Shown here: positions 24,476 to 28,023 of the stretch, piece by piece
Position numbering within the stretch: the stretch's first letter is position 1
Layout of the letters: each line of letters starts with the position of its first letter
IMG/VR virus record: IMGVR_UViG_3300020042_004274
Coordinates: 1 to 28,023 of that record
DNA: 28,023 nt
Strand: one strand, 5' to 3'
From: a virus
Lineage: Duplodnaviria; Caudoviricetes
The notes under the pieces: generated by a model
The model's database searches: none
What the model was told of the DNA's origin: nothing
The model's input: the letters and a program-made list of their open reading frames with translations, nothing else
Made by a program: the position numbers and the translations under genes

Positions 24476-26281
24476 ATGGCGATGACAATCCAGCAAGCGC
24501 AATTAGCTGCGATGCAGCTGCGGGCTAAACGGCCTGAGCTGCAGAACATGGCTGTTGGTGATCTGGTCGCTCAAATTATGGCGTCTGAAGGGGAGGGGCA
24601 GCCGGGTGCTGGTGGTGGCGGCCTTGCTAATCTGTTCGCAACTCCGCTGAGCCCAGCTTCTCCAGCGCCTATGGAGGCTGCACGGCTTGTGGCACCGAAG
24701 CCGACGGCTCAGATGTTTCCGGCTGCGAATGCAAGCAAAGCTCCTAATCCACTTTCTTGGATGGGTGCGAATCCGTCTTCTGGATATGGTGCCAAGCGCC
24801 CAACAGGATCTCATCAAGGGATAGATTATCCCGTTCCTAAAGGTACGCCTATTGGCACCCCTGCTCCGGGTGTGGTGGAAGTTGCAAAGAGCGATCCCAT
24901 TAACGGCAACTATGTAGTTGTACGCCACCCCAATGGTCAATCAACGTCTTACAGTCATCTCGATGGGATTGGTGTTGAGCCGGGGCAGTCTGTTAATGCG
25001 GGTGATGTTCTAGGTACTTCGGGTAATACCGGGCGAGTGCGTGGTAAGAACGGTGGCTACCATCTCCATCTTGGCGCTCGTGATGAAAAGAATAACCGGA
25101 TTGATCCTAGACGAATCCTCAAGGATCCATCTGTACTTGGCGTTGCTAGGGAGGGCACGGATCCTGTGCGTACAGCTGCGGTCGCTGCAGCTGCTCCTCA
25201 GGCAGTAGCCGTAGCTGCTCCTACGGGTGAGACAATGGCTGCGCCAAAGGGCGAACCATCTCGCTTTAGGCCCATGTTTGAGCAGAAGCAGGCTGAACTT
25301 CAGCAGCTGAAGGCGTCTATACCAGCTGGCAAAGAGCCTTCTGCCGAACAGGCATCTCAGTTAAGAACACTATCTGGAGTAGTTTCTCAACTGAAGGGAT
25401 TGGTCGCAGCTGAAGAGGGCGCGGTTGTCAATGCTGAGCGTGCGGCTCTATTGGAGCGGCAGAAATCCCGCCTTGGCCGCGAAGAAGAGTTGATCGAACG
25501 GACGCGCAAACTTGCTCCCGGTAATGCTCTTATTGCGTTTGGCAATGCGCTTGCAGGCGCTAAGCCCGGTGAGAAATTTGCTTCTGCCTTAGCTCGTGGC
25601 TTACAGGCTGGTTCTGAAAGCTACACAGGCGCTCGTGATGCGCGTGAAGCATCTCTCCGTGGCATTGAAGAGAAGCGTGATGCGTTTACCCTGCAGAAAA
25701 TTGACGCGCTCCAGAAAGCTCGCGATGAAGCAATTCGCTTAGCTGATTCTGGAGTTCAGATGACTAGAGATCAGCTTACTCTAGCGGGCCTAGAGGATGC
25801 AGATATTGTTAATTTAGCCACTCAAGAAGATAGAATCAGCGAAGTTGCATCAAGGGCCTCTGAAGCCAAGACTAAGGCTGATAGGGCTGGTGAATCAATT
25901 GACGCAGATATTGATGAGACGAAGGCTAGGGCCGCATATTACAGAATGGGCGGTCGTAGCGCTGACGATGGCGATAAGCCTATGACGCAGAATCAGGTCC
26001 AGACAAAAATTGGTGATCTTAGTAAAGAACGGCGCGCGTTAATGATTAAACTTAACACTGCTACAACGGTGGGCAAGGAAAGGGCTGCCGTTAATTTAGC
26101 GATAAAATATATAGATATTGAGATTGAAAAGTTGATGGGAGGTCGGCCTGCTGCTCCGGCTAAGGCTGCTCCGTCTGGAGGTAATCCTCCGGTTCCAAAC
26201 GCAAAATGGTCGCCTACTCAAAAAGGATGGTTTATTCCAGATCCCAAAAGACAGGGTAAGTATCTGCAAGTTTTTAACTAA
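24476..26281 (+). CDS. Ejection protein with peptidase M23 domain and coiled-coil C-terminus
   Basis: M23 motifs HQGID (HxxxD), GNYVVVRH, YSHL, GNTG, HLH and IDP at about 24770-25110. Confidence 0.88.
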   Translation: MAMTIQQAQLAAMQLRAKRPELQNMAVGDLVAQIMASEGEGQPGAGGGGLANLFATPLSPASPAPMEAARLVAPKPTAQMFPAANASKAPNPLSWMGANPSSGYGAKRPTGSHQGIDYPVPKGTPIGTPAPGVVEVAKSDPINGNYVVVRHPNGQSTSYSHLDGIGVEPGQSVNAGDVLGTSGNTGRVRGKNGGYHLHLGARDEKNNRIDPRRILKDPSVLGVAREGTDPVRTAAVAAAAPQAVAVAAPTGETMAAPKGEPSRFRPMFEQKQAELQQLKASIPAGKEPSAEQASQLRTLSGVVSQLKGLVAAEEGAVVNAERAALLERQKSRLGREEELIERTRKLAPGNALIAFGNALAGAKPGEKFASALARGLQAGSESYTGARDAREASLRGIEEKRDAFTLQKIDALQKARDEAIRLADSGVQMTRDQLTLAGLEDADIVNLATQEDRISEVASRASEAKTKADRAGESIDADIDETKARAAYYRMGGRSADDGDKPMTQNQVQTKIGDLSKERRALMIKLNTATTVGKERAAVNLAIKYIDIEIEKLMGGRPAAPAKAAPSGGNPPVPNAKWSPTQKGWFIPDPKRQGKYLQVFN

Positions 26282-26291
26282 AGGGTGAGCA

Positions 26292-28023
26292 ATGCCCACT
26301 TATAAGCCAGTTGACTTTGATCCGTTCGCTCCGGCAGCGCCTTCTGGCGGGGTCAAGCTGAAGCCTGTTGACTTTGATCCGTTTGCAAAGCGCGACCCTG
26401 CGGCTGATAGGGACATCGAGGAAACAAAGAAGCGCATAGCCCGTGCAAAGGCCCTGATTGCTGATTATGATAAACGGCTTTCTGATCCCAGTAAAGTTGC
26501 GGGCGGGGAGATGGTTATTGGTCTTGCGTCTGCGCGGAAGTCTGCAGCAGATAGCATTGTCACCTATGAAAAGCGGCTTAGAGAAATAGAGCGTACTGGT
26601 AAGCCTGCGCCTAATGAAAGCATAATTCAGTCTATTTCTAATCTTCCCACTGATGCTTTGCGCGGTCTTACACAATTTGCAGGCACAGCAGCTGAAGGAG
26701 CTCTTGGCTTCTTAGGCTCTGGCATGCAATATCTTGGCGCACCATTTGGCAAAGACTTGGGGCTAGAGGGTGCTGGTAAAGAAGTTTCGCAACGCGGCAA
26801 AAACACAAAAGATTATTCTAATAAAATTGTTAGAGAAAATTTTGAACGTAGCGCAGCCGCTAACTTTAGCCCCGTTACGGGCCTTATTGCTAGTACTGGT
26901 GAAGGCATTGGTAGTACAGCACCCTTTCTTCTCACAGGTGGTCTTGGTGGGGTTGCTACTAGATTATCTGCTGCAGGCCGCGCCGCTAATTTAGCGGGTG
27001 AGCTATCCAATGCCCAGAAGATTGCTAGTGCTGCAAACTACGGAATAGCTTTTGGCGGAGGATCGGGGCAAGCTGGAGAGCGGGCGCAAGAGTTCCGCGA
27101 TAAAGGTGGAACCGTATCACAGGGGCAAGAGTTTTTTGTTCGTACTGGTGGCGGAGTTCTTGGTCTTACTCAAGTCGGTGTAATAGACCGTATGCTTGAA
27201 GGGCTGCCGCCTTCTGCGCGAACTGCAGCTATCGATAGCGCAGCTAAATTTGTTGAACGCGCAACCCTTGGTCGCGTTGCTCCTCAGGCAATGTTTGAGG
27301 GCGTAAAGAAAACTATTGCAGATGTTGAAAAACTTGCCCTTGGACGAGTCCTTCTGAGCGGTATAGATGAATCTGCGCAAGAGGGTGGTGAACAGTTTGG
27401 TCAGAATGTCTTAGCCAAGACTGTATATAATCCCGACCAAGCTCTCTCTGAAGGCGTGGCAGAGAACGCATTGCTTGGTGGTATTGTTGGCGGTGTTCTT
27501 AAAGGTGGCGTCGAAGGCACGCGCAAAGTCTTTGGCTCTACAGATAATGCCACAACTCCTCCATCATCCTCACGCCCCTCACGACCGTCTGCTCCACCGC
27601 CTGCACCGCCTGCAGATATGGAAGCTCTTGCGCGGTCACTTGGCCCAGTCGGTGGTAAGATCACTCTGCAAGAACCAACCGGGCCACGGGAATACACGTT
27701 CGAGGGTATCGACGAAGACGGCGGTGTTGTCCTTGCAGATGCTGATGGCGTAATCTACTCTGAAGATCCCAGTCAGGTTCAAGCTGCAATCAAGGCCGGC
27801 GTTGTTGAGCCAGAAAGCGGCTTGGGCGGTATGGTGTTTGGCGATGATATTACTGAGGGTCTACCTGATGTGGTTGCGCCACCGCCGCCTCCGCCGCCTC
27901 CTGCTGCAGACTACGTGCCATCACCTCCGAAGCCGAAGTTTACCATCGAGGACGTACCCACCGAAGTCTTACCTATCGACGAAGATGTCGCCTCCTACAT
28001 GCAGGAATATGCGGCCACTCGCA
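26292..28023 (+). CDS. Large ejection/internal virion protein (3' truncated; absent from the supplied ORF track)
   Basis: ATG at 26292 starts MPTYKPVDFDPFAPAAPSGGVKLKPVDFDPFAKRD. The same frame reads IDESAQEGGEQFGQNVLAKTVYNPDQALSEGVAENALLGGIVGG at about 27363 and appears open to the window end. Pro-rich linkers. Confidence 0.8.
   Translation, partial: MPTYKPVDFDPFAPAAPSGGVKLKPVDFDPFAKRDPAADRDIEETKKRIARAKALIADYDKRLSDPSKVAGGEMVIGLASARKSAADSIVTYEKRLREIERTGKPAPNESIIQSISNLPTDALRGLTQFAGTAAEGALGFLGSGMQYLGAPFGKDLGLEGAGKEVSQRGKNTKDYSNKIVRENFERSAAANFSPVTGLIASTGEGIGSTAPFLLTGGLGGVATRLSAAGRAANLAGELSNAQKIASAANYGIAFGGGSGQAGERAQEFRDKGGTVSQGQEFFVRTGGGVLGLTQVGVIDRMLEGLPPSARTAAIDSAAKFVERATLGRVAPQAMFEGVKKTIADVEKLALGRVLLSGIDESAQEGGEQFGQNVLAKTVYNPDQALSEGVAENALLGGIVGGVLKGGVEGTRKVFGSTDNATTPPSSSRPSRPSAPPPAPPADMEALARSLGPVGGKITLQEPTGPREYTFEGIDEDGGVVLADADGVIYSEDPSQVQAAIKAGVVEPESGLGGMVFGDDITEGLPDVVAPPPPPPPPAADYVPSPPKPKFTIEDVPTEVLPIDEDVASYMQEYAATR

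Overview
The window is entirely tailed-phage (podovirus-type) late/structural DNA. About 28 tightly packed, often translationally coupled genes lie on the + strand, and both terminal genes are truncated. No integrase, capsid, portal, terminase, tRNA or CRISPR array is visible. The main feature is two complete, divergent tail plus DNA-ejection modules in tandem. Module A (<1-10223) is P22-like: adaptor, gp10-like nozzle, fibre/needle proteins, a 2OG-Fe(II) hydroxylase, a GNAT and three ejection proteins, one carrying a lytic transglycosylase. A Gram-negative lysis cassette (holin-like genes, M15 endolysin, overlapping spanins) and an HTH-metallophosphoesterase follow (10226-12499). Module B (12550->28023) has a second adaptor, a fibre, a putative double beta-propeller receptor-binding protein, a Gly-rich protein, a second nozzle and four ejection-type proteins, one carrying an M23 peptidase. 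One module-B ejection protein has six spaced TonB-box-like motifs, three of them produced by a recent 96-nt tandem duplication. The dual module is either a real two-tail phage or an assembly chimera joined through the lysis region. All product calls come from motif recognition and synteny, not from database searches.
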